This document shows, in pieces, positions 37,345 through 45,249 of a stretch of DNA of 64,000 nucleotides; the first letter of the stretch is position 1; each line of letters opens with the position of its first letter. The DNA comes from an uncultured Bacteroidales bacterium. Its GTDB lineage: Bacteria > Bacteroidota > Bacteroidia > Bacteroidales > WCHB1-69. Both the position numbers and the translations under genes were made by a program. The notes under the pieces are model-generated. The model saw nothing but the letters and a program-made list of their open reading frames with translations. It was not told the origin of the DNA and searched no databases. Location: positions 6,631 to 70,630 of the forward strand of contig CAMJXE010000005.1 of the NCBI GenBank assembly GCA_946409645.1. Reading direction: 5' to 3'.

Positions 37345-38688
37345 ATGGCAAAAAGAACGACTATAACCTTTTTGATGACACTCTTGTTCGGGGCGGCTTA
37401 TGCGCAGGACACGGCAGTGATGACCCTGCGCGACTGCGTGCGTTACGCGCTGTCGCATTCAGCGGAGGTGCGCGTGCTGCAGGCCGATCTTGGGGACGCG
37501 CAGTTAGCCCGCCGAAACGCCATCCTCAACGCTTTCACCCCGGAGATTGACGCCAATACATACGCCTATTCCAACTTCGGGCGCTCCATTGACCCTGAGA
37601 CCAATATCTACAGCAACACCACCTCCTTCCACAATGGCTACAGTCTATCCGCAGGTATCACCCTCTTTAACGGCTTTCGCGCAATCAACAACATGAAAAT
37701 CACGAAGATTGCGGAGGCGACGGGTGTGACGAGAATTCAGCAGACGGAGGACAAAATCACGCTTGCCACGATGGAGGCCTACTGCAATGTGCTCTATTAC
37801 ACGGAGTTGTTGAAAACGCTACAGTCGCAGACGGAGACTGCGGAGACGGCCTTGCGGCTCGCGCAACGGCAGAGGGAGTTGGGGCAGAAGTCGCCGGCGG
37901 AGGTACTGCAGATGGAGGCAGACCTCTCCGACCGCAGGTACAGGTTCATCGTCTGTGAGAACCAACTTCAGAACTCCTATATCACGTTGAAAGACATTAT
38001 GTTATATCCGACAGAACAGCCATTTTCCGTCACGAATGTGGAGACGGACACGATGCTGTCGGATGTGGTACGTACGATGAAAGTGAGTCAAGCGGCGGAG
38101 CGTCTGCCGGCCGTAATCATAGCCGAAAATGAGTGGCAGACCGCCCGCCTCGCCCTCAAAACCGCGAAGTGGCAGCTGTTGCCGTCGCTGTCGTTGTATG
38201 GCGGCTGGTCCTCGACCTACTTCACCTACCCGGGACGGGCTGACTACGTGCCCGTTCCCTATTGGAGGCAACTCTCCGACAACGGCGGCGAGTACGTGCA
38301 GTTGTCGCTGAGCATCCCGATTTACGACCGTCTGTCGCGGCAGACGGAAATCGCACGGCGACGCAATGACTGCGACCGTGCGGAAGCCCGATACGCGCAG
38401 GCACGGCAGACCGTGGAAGCCGAAATCCACCGCGCCCTTGCCGACCGCGACGGAGCTGCCGCTGCCCTTCAGCAGGCCGAGCAGCACTCCGCTTTACAAC
38501 AGCAGTTGTACGCCATGAGCGTCCGCCAGTTCGAGCAGGGCCTCATCTCCGCCCTCGACTACCAGACCGTTGCCGACAACCACCTCACCGCCGTTGCCGA
38601 CCTCCTCAACGCGCGGTTGCAGCTGTTTCTGAAGACGTGGGTGGTGCGATACTATTTTCAATTAAGAATGCAGAATTCAGATTTATAG
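37345..38688 (+). CDS. TolC-family outer membrane efflux protein
   Basis: Signal peptide MAKRTTITFLMTLLFGAAYAQ and two OEP repeats. The ORF-track start at 37312 is the ATG inside REP-A. Confidence 0.85.
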   Translation: MAKRTTITFLMTLLFGAAYAQDTAVMTLRDCVRYALSHSAEVRVLQADLGDAQLARRNAILNAFTPEIDANTYAYSNFGRSIDPETNIYSNTTSFHNGYSLSAGITLFNGFRAINNMKITKIAEATGVTRIQQTEDKITLATMEAYCNVLYYTELLKTLQSQTETAETALRLAQRQRELGQKSPAEVLQMEADLSDRRYRFIVCENQLQNSYITLKDIMLYPTEQPFSVTNVETDTMLSDVVRTMKVSQAAERLPAVIIAENEWQTARLALKTAKWQLLPSLSLYGGWSSTYFTYPGRADYVPVPYWRQLSDNGGEYVQLSLSIPIYDRLSRQTEIARRRNDCDRAEARYAQARQTVEAEIHRALADRDGAAAALQQAEQHSALQQQLYAMSVRQFEQGLISALDYQTVADNHLTAVADLLNARLQLFLKTWVVRYYFQLRMQNSDL

Positions 38689-39975
38689 ATGCTGAGTTTA
38701 AATACAAATGCTATGGATAGAGCGATAAAGCAAAAAAAAGGATTCCGGAAACTCTTCACCCGCAAGGCGTTGCCCTACTGGGGCGGGGCGCTGCTGCTCG
38801 TCTTCATCGGGTGGTTAGTGCTGCGCGACGATGCTCGGAAACTGCGCGTGGGCGGTGAGGCAATCACCGTTAGCGAGGTGCGGCGGGGCGAGTTCAACGA
38901 CTACATCCGCGTGAGCGGGCGCGTGGTACCGATGACCACCGTGCAGCTTAGCCCGTTGGAGGGTGGGGTAGTGCGCGAGATTGTTGCGGAAGAGGGTGCG
39001 CACGTCCGCGAAGGCGACGTCATCCTGATCCTCAGCAACGAAAGTCTCGACATGCAGATTCTCAATGCGGAGGCAGACCTAGCCGAGAAGGAGAATATCC
39101 TCCGCAACACGATGATCCAGATGGAGCAGCAGAAGCTGACCCTGCAACAGGAAAAGTTGCAGCTACAGATGGAGGTGCGCCGCAAGAAACGCACCTACGA
39201 GGCGCAGAAATCGCTGTACGACGACAACCTCATCGCCCGAGAGGCTTTTCTGCAGGCCGAGGAGGACTACCAGTTGGCCAAAGACCGCCTCACGCTGGTG
39301 GAGAACCGCGCCAAGCAGGACAGCCTCTACCGGTCGGTGGAGATCCGGCAAATGCGTGAGAGCCTGGAGAACATGCGGCTTAACATGCAGATGATACGGC
39401 ACAGGAAGGAGAATCTCACCATCAAAGCCCCGATTGACGGCGAGCTGGGCCTCGTCGATGTGGTGCTCGGACAGTCTGTCGCGATGGGCAGCAAGGTCGG
39501 ACAGATTAACAATCAGGACAACTACAAGATCGAGGCCCTGATTGACGAGCACTACATCGACCGGGTGACGGCAGGGTTGGAGGCCGATTTCGAGCGGCAG
39601 GGCGACAAGTGCAACGTGCTGATACGCAAGGTCTATCCTGAGGTTCGCGACGGCAAGTTTAAGGCTGACTTTAAATTTGCGGACGGTCAGCCGGAAAATA
39701 TCCGCAACGGTCAGACGTTCTACCTGAACCTGCAGCTCGGTCAGCCGGTGGAGGCCCTCCTCATCCCGCGCGGCGCCTTCTACCAGAAGACCGGTGGCAA
39801 GTGGATCTACGTGGTCTCCCCCGATGGCAGGCGTGCCGTGAAGCGCGACATCCGCATCGGCCGCCAGAACCCGCAGTACTACGAGGTTTTGGAAGGGTTG
39901 GAGCCTGGCGAGAGGGTGATTACTTCCTCATATGACGGGTATGGAGAGGCGGAGGTGCTGGAAATTAAGAATTAA
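38689..39975 (+). CDS. Efflux periplasmic adaptor (HlyD family)
   Basis: N-terminal TM, a coiled coil and beta-barrel domains. The ATG directly abuts the TolC stop (TAGATG). Confidence 0.85.
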   Translation: MLSLNTNAMDRAIKQKKGFRKLFTRKALPYWGGALLLVFIGWLVLRDDARKLRVGGEAITVSEVRRGEFNDYIRVSGRVVPMTTVQLSPLEGGVVREIVAEEGAHVREGDVILILSNESLDMQILNAEADLAEKENILRNTMIQMEQQKLTLQQEKLQLQMEVRRKKRTYEAQKSLYDDNLIAREAFLQAEEDYQLAKDRLTLVENRAKQDSLYRSVEIRQMRESLENMRLNMQMIRHRKENLTIKAPIDGELGLVDVVLGQSVAMGSKVGQINNQDNYKIEALIDEHYIDRVTAGLEADFERQGDKCNVLIRKVYPEVRDGKFKADFKFADGQPENIRNGQTFYLNLQLGQPVEALLIPRGAFYQKTGGKWIYVVSPDGRRAVKRDIRIGRQNPQYYEVLEGLEPGERVITSSYDGYGEAEVLEIKN

Positions 39976-40012
39976 GAATTAAGAATTATGAATGATGAAT
40001 TATGAATGATGG
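39964..40012. repeat. Imperfect heptanucleotide array (7 units) starting in the last codons of hlyD
   Basis: aattaag aattaag aattaag aattatg aatgatg aattatg aatgatg. Confidence 0.85.
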
Positions 40013-40047
40013 GGATAGTATATGCTTTTTTAGGATAGAATTCGAAA

Positions 40048-40087
40048 ATACACAAAAGTGTTGTCTATAGGCAACATTTTTGTGTAT
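40048..40087. repeat. 16-bp-arm palindrome downstream of ATPase cassette A
   Basis: ATACACAAAAGTGTTG-tctatagg-CAACATTTTTGTGTAT (one mismatch). Confidence 0.8.
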
Positions 40088-40128
40088 AAACTGTTGGTTA
40101 TGGACAACGCTTTGGTTTTCGTAAATAT

Positions 40129-40178
40129 GAGATTGCGCCAACCTTGTGATAGAATTCTGGCGTAATCTCGATTTTTTT
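40129..40178 (+). terminator. Strong intrinsic terminator (plus-strand sense) between hlyD and cassette A
   Basis: GAGATTGCGCCA-17 nt-TGGCGTAATCTC, then gaTTTTTTT. A direct repeat of gattgcgccaa lies at about 40184. Confidence 0.6.
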
Positions 40179-40218
40179 ATGGGATTGCGCCAAGGAACTT
40201 GTTTTGCGAAAGAGCGAA

Positions 40219-41568
40219 TTACAGCAGAACTTCCGTCGGTGGGGTTGACGGAATGAAAAACATGACGTAGTATATCGGAAGATAAGTCACCTTCCCGTTT
40301 TGCTTGATTTCGCGCTCGTTCGACATTACAAAAGCCTGCTCGATGTGGTAGTCGGGAGTGGCGACAAAGGCATCCAACGAAGCGTGCTCATTGTAGTTTT
40401 TCCCCGATTTCACTTCGATGGGAAGAACCGAAAGCAGATCATAATCGTTCACAAGAAACTCGATCTCGCCTTTCTTCTTGTTGTCGTAATAGAACAACGG
40501 GAAGCCGTGCGCAACAAGTTCGCTGCAGACCACCGATTCATACACGGAACCCAGGTTTACGCTTTTCACATCATCCATAATGGCTGCTATGCTGTATTGA
40601 TAAAGCAGTCGGGTTAACAGTCCCACATCATTCAGATACAGTTTCAGCAAATTCTTGCTCTCTGATTCCACAAGAGGGAACCTTGGATTGGAAATCGCTT
40701 TTACTTCGTGACAGATACCGCTCTTTACAAGATACTCGAATTCAGCCTGATATTGCCAAGCCCTTGCCTGTTTCTTGTTCTCTATTTGGTTGAAATGAAC
40801 CCGTTTCTTCTTGTTTTCAAGATACGAAGGCACCAATTCGTACACCCGCTCAATAACCAGTTTGCGTTCTTTGTCATATTGACTTGCATCGCCCTTATAC
40901 AGATCATACACCTCCTTTTGAGCCGCCCTCACCTCAACGATGTTGTGTGTTTCAACGAACTTGTTCACGGCATCGGGTAGTCCTCCCACCAACAAATATT
41001 TCTTGAACAAATCCATCATTCGGTTGTGGAGTGGTTCGTCCAAGGCTACTTTTTTCAAAAAACACTGGCGTGTATGTTCGACAAACTCTTCTCCTACGTT
41101 GTTGGCCCACAAAAACTCCTCGAAATCAAGCTGGAACATGTTCACAACCTTGATTTTCCCGCCAGGCTTGGAGAGCGTTTCGTTAAGGGCAATTCCTAAT
41201 TGAGAACCGCTGACGATATAGGTGAATCTGTCTTCTTGGCGCAGGAACTTCAAGAGGGTGAGCATATCGGGATAGGCCTGTATCTCGTCCAAAAACACCA
41301 ACGTGTTCTCTTTTTGCCCCATACGGTCACCGGCAACAGTGCTGAGTCGAAGGTAAAAATCTTCTTTGTTTCTCGTACCTTCAAAGATCTTTTCACCATT
41401 TTTGTCTTCATACAAATCAATTTCAATATAGTTCTTGAAGCGTTTTTGCCCTTCATACCGAATGATAAAAGACTTCCCTATCTGACGAGCTCCATCAAGA
41501 ACCAGTATCTTATCAGACCCATTATCAAGATAATCAGCGATTTCCTTTTGAATCTTTCTTTTTAACAT
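40219..41568 (-). CDS. AAA+ ATPase (AAA_14-type) with DUF4143 / PD-(D/E)xK nuclease-like C-terminus: cassette A
   Basis: Walker A GARQIGKS, Walker B LVFLDEIQ, and C-terminal GEIEFLV..PIEVKSGKN (D/E..ExK). The start ATG 41568 gives MLKRKIQKEI. Confidence 0.85.
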   Translation of the reverse strand: MLKRKIQKEIADYLDNGSDKILVLDGARQIGKSFIIRYEGQKRFKNYIEIDLYEDKNGEKIFEGTRNKEDFYLRLSTVAGDRMGQKENTLVFLDEIQAYPDMLTLLKFLRQEDRFTYIVSGSQLGIALNETLSKPGGKIKVVNMFQLDFEEFLWANNVGEEFVEHTRQCFLKKVALDEPLHNRMMDLFKKYLLVGGLPDAVNKFVETHNIVEVRAAQKEVYDLYKGDASQYDKERKLVIERVYELVPSYLENKKKRVHFNQIENKKQARAWQYQAEFEYLVKSGICHEVKAISNPRFPLVESESKNLLKLYLNDVGLLTRLLYQYSIAAIMDDVKSVNLGSVYESVVCSELVAHGFPLFYYDNKKKGEIEFLVNDYDLLSVLPIEVKSGKNYNEHASLDAFVATPDYHIEQAFVMSNEREIKQNGKVTYLPIYYVMFFIPSTPPTEVLL

Positions 41569-41644
41569 ACACTTTTCCTTTAAATTCAAGTCTGCAAAAA
41601 TACACTTTTCCGAAAAACAATCGCATGAAATAATACACTTTTCC
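41567..41644 (-). repeat. Three direct copies of GGAAAAGTGTAT at 33-nt phasing in the leader of cassette A
   Basis: The plus strand reads atacacttttcc at 41567-41578 (overlapping the ATG), 41600-41611 (overlapping the -7 box) and 41633-41644. Confidence 0.85.
41595..41602 (-). promoter_or_regulatory. -7 box TATTTTTG for cassette A
   Basis: The plus strand reads caaaaata, 27 nt upstream of ATG 41568. Confidence 0.55.
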
Positions 41645-41674
41645 GTCAATCATACTTATTTCTACCAAAAATAA

Positions 41675-41682
41675 TATCTTTG
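41675..41682 (+). promoter_or_regulatory. Candidate -7 box TATCTTTG reading toward permease 1
   Basis: aaTATCTTTGcc, divergent from the cassette A promoter and upstream of the dyad sites. Confidence 0.3.
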
Positions 41683-41728
41683 CCATTATGAAAGTTTCAA
41701 TGATGACTTTTAATAAAATGATGATACC

Positions 41729-41767
41729 TGTAAAGAAACCTTACACCTGCTGTAAGAAATCTTTACA
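41729..41767 (+). promoter_or_regulatory. Tandem dyad sites (TGTAAR-N5-YTTACA, two copies), the second candidate UAS
   Basis: TGTAAAgaaacCTTACA (41729-41745) and TGTAAGaaatcTTTACA (41751-41767), centres 22 bp apart. Confidence 0.55.
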
Positions 41768-41818
41768 GCGGCCCTTTTGTTAGATATTTATAGAATTGAC
41801 AACCAATGGTTTATGTTT

Positions 41819-41835
41819 TTGGCACGGAAAATGAT
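41819..41835 (+). promoter_or_regulatory. Candidate sigma-54 promoter for permease 1-ATPase-permease 2
   Basis: ttTGGCACGgaaaaTGAt. The -24 half is canonical and the -12 half is weak. The GG lies 62 nt from the proximal dyad centre, against 63 nt at the tolC locus. Confidence 0.35.
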
Positions 41836-41885
41836 GTATGAGAATGATGAAGAACGATGTATGGATGTTTATAAAAAAAATAAAT

Positions 41886-41957
41886 CCTTAAGCAGCCTCG
41901 GAGAGGCAAGACGCGCGAAGCGCTAATAACCCCATACAAGCGAAGCGCAGTGTGGGG
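41886..41957 (+). repeat. REP-B copy 4
   Basis: ccttaagcagcctcggagaggcaagacgcgcgaagcgctaataaccccatacaagcgaagcgcagtgtgggg; 17 nt from ATG 41974. Confidence 0.85.
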
Positions 41958-41973
41958 CTTAAAACAAAAAAAT

Positions 41974-44322
41974 ATGAAAAGTTACCTCAAATTCCTCAGT
42001 CGCAACAAACTCTACACCGCCGTCGAGGCGGTGGGCCTGGTCGTGAGCCTCGCCTTCGTCATCCTAATCGGCAGTTACGTGACGCAAAATCTGGCCGTCG
42101 TGTATCAGCAACCCGGCCATGACCGCATTTACGGCCTCGGCACCACCTCCAACTTGGGGCTTTCGGTGTGGGACAAAGCCTCCATCGAAGCACAGGTGCC
42201 CGGAATTGAGGCTATCGCTCGCTTTGGCTATGCCACCGACGAGATTTCTTACCACAAAAAAAACTATGAAGCGGAAGTTCGTCAGGTGGATGCGGAGTTC
42301 TTCGAGATCTTTCCCCAGTTTAGCCTTGTGGAGGGCACAGCCATCCCGTTCGACGGCACCCATAACGCCATTGTCAGCTGGAGTTTCGCGAACAGTCTGG
42401 AGAAAAAGGGCGACCTTATAGGACAACGTTTCATCATAGAAGGAGAGGAGGAGGAATACATCATTTGCGGCATTATGGATGGTCCGGAAAACACCTTGGT
42501 TGCCCACATTGATGTATTGATTCCGGTGAATGAGAAATGGTGGGCTGGGCGCGAACCTTTCCATAGCGTGGATGGCACGAAAACCTTTATCCGCAGGATG
42601 GAAAACACCAACGAAGAAGATTTCCTGGCCCAGATACTTGAAGTTAGCCGTCAGAACTATGGATCGTGGCTCAACAAAGAACTTAAAGTATTCGGTTTCA
42701 AGGAGATGTTCTTCCGCACTGAGAACGATTATGTATTACGCAGCGGCAACCTCAGCAGCATACGGATATTGTCGGCGGTGGTGTTCCTTCTCCTTCTGTC
42801 GGCGCTCGTCAACTACGTCAACCTCAACATGGCGTTGGTGGGGAAACGCGCCAAGGAGATGGCCACCCGCAGGCTTTTGGGTGCGCAGAAACTTTCCGTC
42901 ATGGGCAAGTTTATCGTCGAATCCGTCTTGTTCACGGCGGTGTGTTTTGTTTTCGCCCTTTTGATGGCTCACGCCCTTGTTCCCGTGATGAACTGGCTGT
43001 TGGCCAGTGCAACACCGGAAAGCGACATTCAATTGCAGTTGTTGATGAAACCGGCTTACATAGTCGCGTATCTGAGTGGCATCCTGCTGTTAGGGACGCT
43101 CTCGGGTTGGTTGCCGGCACTGTATGCATCGCACTACGAACCCATCGATGTGGTGCGGGGCACCTTCCGCTATCACAGTAAGATGTGGCTCAACAAAATC
43201 TTCATCGTCTTCCAGAACGTCTTGTCTGTTATACTGATAGCCATTGCCATCGTGATGGAAGTGCAAATGTGGCACATGATCAAGCGGCCCGTCCATGCGA
43301 ACACGAAAGACTTGTTCTACATCAGCGGGATCTGGTATCCTGTGCCTCATTTGGCTACTTTAGCCGATGAAATAGCGCAACTGCCTTGTGTCAAAGAGGT
43401 TGGCATAGGGCGAGGATTTCCCGGAAGCGCGGCTTATTCTGTCGGCATACGTTTGGACGAGGAAGATTTTATCTTGAAGTTGCTCATCGGTGACAGCGCT
43501 TATTTTCGCATGTTAGGTTTCGAAGTGGTGGAAGATTTCGGCCATCCACTCGCCAACTCGCTCTGGCTTGGTGAACACGCCTTTGCCAAAAGCGGAGCTT
43601 CTGACACATCGGTTACCATGCCGAAAAAACTTGCAATCATGATGAATCAGGATGCCGACTACATCGGCGGAATGCTTAAAGATTTCCCGGGGGAGAGCGC
43701 GGCCTCTCCGGATGGCTTAAGCAACCAGAACGTGGGTGTACTGGTACAGGAAACCCGGAAGTTGGCATGGGCAAGCGATCTATTTGTCAGAACCATCGGC
43801 GACCATTTGGAGGCCCGGAAGATTATCCTGAAACAGTGCCAGCAGTGGGCGGAAAAGGATGGGGAACCCTTTGCGGGACAGGACGATTGCGGTTATGTGG
43901 ACGACCTGAATCTTAAGTCGTTGGAGCCAGCCAAGCGCACCGTCCGACTGTTGGAGATTTTCATGGGCTTGTCGGTGCTGCTGTCGCTGCTCGGTCTCGT
44001 CGCCATGAGCACCTACTATTGCGATGAAGGAAGCCACAGTATTGCCGTCCGCAAAGTCTTCGGCAGCGATGTCAACCGCGAGTTGCTGCGCACGGTGAAG
44101 AGTTATATGATGCTCGTCGGAATCGCCGCCATCATCGGAGCTCCCATTGCGGTTTGGCTTAGCGGCAAATACTTGGAACGTTTCGCCTACCGAATCGAAC
44201 ATTACGGCTGGATCATTGTCGTGGCGGTTGTGGTCACCCTGTTGCTGGCCTTCCTCTCGGTGTTATGGCAGACGTTACGCGCCGCGAGGACGAACCCTGC
44301 GGAGGCGTTGAAGAAAGAATGA
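41974..44322 (+). CDS. MacB-like ABC efflux permease with two FtsX modules (permease 1)
   Basis: MKSYLKFLSRNKLYTAVEAVGLVVSLAFVILIG.. at the N-terminus, two FtsX TM bundles each preceded by a periplasmic domain, and the ending ..LRAARTNPAEALKKE. Confidence 0.85.
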   Translation: MKSYLKFLSRNKLYTAVEAVGLVVSLAFVILIGSYVTQNLAVVYQQPGHDRIYGLGTTSNLGLSVWDKASIEAQVPGIEAIARFGYATDEISYHKKNYEAEVRQVDAEFFEIFPQFSLVEGTAIPFDGTHNAIVSWSFANSLEKKGDLIGQRFIIEGEEEEYIICGIMDGPENTLVAHIDVLIPVNEKWWAGREPFHSVDGTKTFIRRMENTNEEDFLAQILEVSRQNYGSWLNKELKVFGFKEMFFRTENDYVLRSGNLSSIRILSAVVFLLLLSALVNYVNLNMALVGKRAKEMATRRLLGAQKLSVMGKFIVESVLFTAVCFVFALLMAHALVPVMNWLLASATPESDIQLQLLMKPAYIVAYLSGILLLGTLSGWLPALYASHYEPIDVVRGTFRYHSKMWLNKIFIVFQNVLSVILIAIAIVMEVQMWHMIKRPVHANTKDLFYISGIWYPVPHLATLADEIAQLPCVKEVGIGRGFPGSAAYSVGIRLDEEDFILKLLIGDSAYFRMLGFEVVEDFGHPLANSLWLGEHAFAKSGASDTSVTMPKKLAIMMNQDADYIGGMLKDFPGESAASPDGLSNQNVGVLVQETRKLAWASDLFVRTIGDHLEARKIILKQCQQWAEKDGEPFAGQDDCGYVDDLNLKSLEPAKRTVRLLEIFMGLSVLLSLLGLVAMSTYYCDEGSHSIAVRKVFGSDVNRELLRTVKSYMMLVGIAAIIGAPIAVWLSGKYLERFAYRIEHYGWIIVVAVVVTLLLAFLSVLWQTLRAARTNPAEALKKE

Positions 44323-44379
44323 ACGGCGAACAATTGTCGGCGAATTGAACGAATTATGCGAATTATATAAAGACATATT

Positions 44380-44446
44380 CCTTGAGCAGCCCCGGCAGGG
44401 GCAAGAGCTTGGTAGCCCCATACAAGGCGAAGCCGCAGTGTGGGGG
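44380..44446 (+). repeat. REP-B copy 5
   Basis: ccttgagcagccccggcaggggcaagagcttggtagccccatacaaggcgaagccgcagtgtggggg; 33 nt from ATG 44479. Confidence 0.75.
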
Positions 44447-44478
44447 ACATCAGAACGAACAATTTAATACCCATTATT

Positions 44479-45159
44479 ATGATACAAGTACAAAACCTCA
44501 CCAAAATCTTCCGCACGGAAGACATCGAGACCCTCGCGTTAGATGGGGTGTCATTCACCATCAACGATGGCGAGTTCGTTGCCGTCATGGGGCCGTCGGG
44601 CTGCGGCAAATCCACGCTGCTCAACATCCTCGGCCTCCTGGATAATCCCACCGAGGGCACCTATGAGCTGCTCGGACAGCAGGTCGGCAGCCTGAAGGAG
44701 AAGGAGCGCACCAAGTTCCGCAAGGGCAACATCGGCTTCGTGTTCCAGAGCTTCAACCTCATCGACGAGCTGAACGTCTATGAGAACATCGAGCTGCCGC
44801 TGCGCTACCTGAATATCAGCGCGACGGAGCGCAAGGAGCGGGTCACGGCGATGATGAAACGGATGGCCATCACCCACCGGGCCAAGCATTTCCCGCAGCA
44901 GCTCTCGGGCGGACAGCAGCAGCGCGTGGCCATCGCCCGCGCCGTGGTCGCGAACCCCAAGCTCATCCTCGCCGACGAGCCCACCGGCAACCTCGACTCC
45001 AAGAACGGCAAGGAGGTGATGGACCTGCTCACCGAGCTGCACAACGAGGGCACCACCATCGTGATGGTCACCCACTCGCAGCGCGACGCGGGCTACGCCG
45101 ACCGCATCATCAACCTCTTCGACGGCAGGATCGTGGAGGATGTGTTGCCGGAACTGTGA
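44479..45159 (+). CDS. ABC transporter ATP-binding protein (MacB type)
   Basis: Walker [10 protein letters not shown], signature LSGGQQQR, Walker B LILADE. Confidence 0.9.
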   Translation: MIQVQNLTKIFRTEDIETLALDGVSFTINDGEFVAVMGPSGCGKSTLLNILGLLDNPTEGTYELLGQQVGSLKEKERTKFRKGNIGFVFQSFNLIDELNVYENIELPLRYLNISATERKERVTAMMKRMAITHRAKHFPQQLSGGQQQRVAIARAVVANPKLILADEPTGNLDSKNGKEVMDLLTELHNEGTTIVMVTHSQRDAGYADRIINLFDGRIVEDVLPEL

Positions 45160-45183
45160 TGCCATAACATATTGAAGGGATTT

Positions 45184-45212
45184 TATAGAGACGCACCATG
45201 CGCGTCTCTACA
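45184..45212. repeat. REP-A copy 8 (variant loop)
   Basis: tatagagacgcaccatgcgcgtctctaca. Confidence 0.85.
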
Positions 45213-45249
45213 GACCCACCTTAAATTGCAGAAACCAAACATCAATTAT

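Noticed and set aside
41688-41783. 31-codon ORF (MKVSMMTFNK..) between cassette A and permease 1
   Set aside because: It overlaps the conserved dyad sites that recur upstream of tolC without any ORF, and there is no supporting conservation. It is treated as regulatory DNA.
44551-45165. 204-aa antisense ORF opposite the ABC ATPase gene, and similar ones inside the permease genes (46306-46923, 49197-49811, 48675-49181)
   Set aside because: They are shadow frames of GC-rich coding sequence without motifs.
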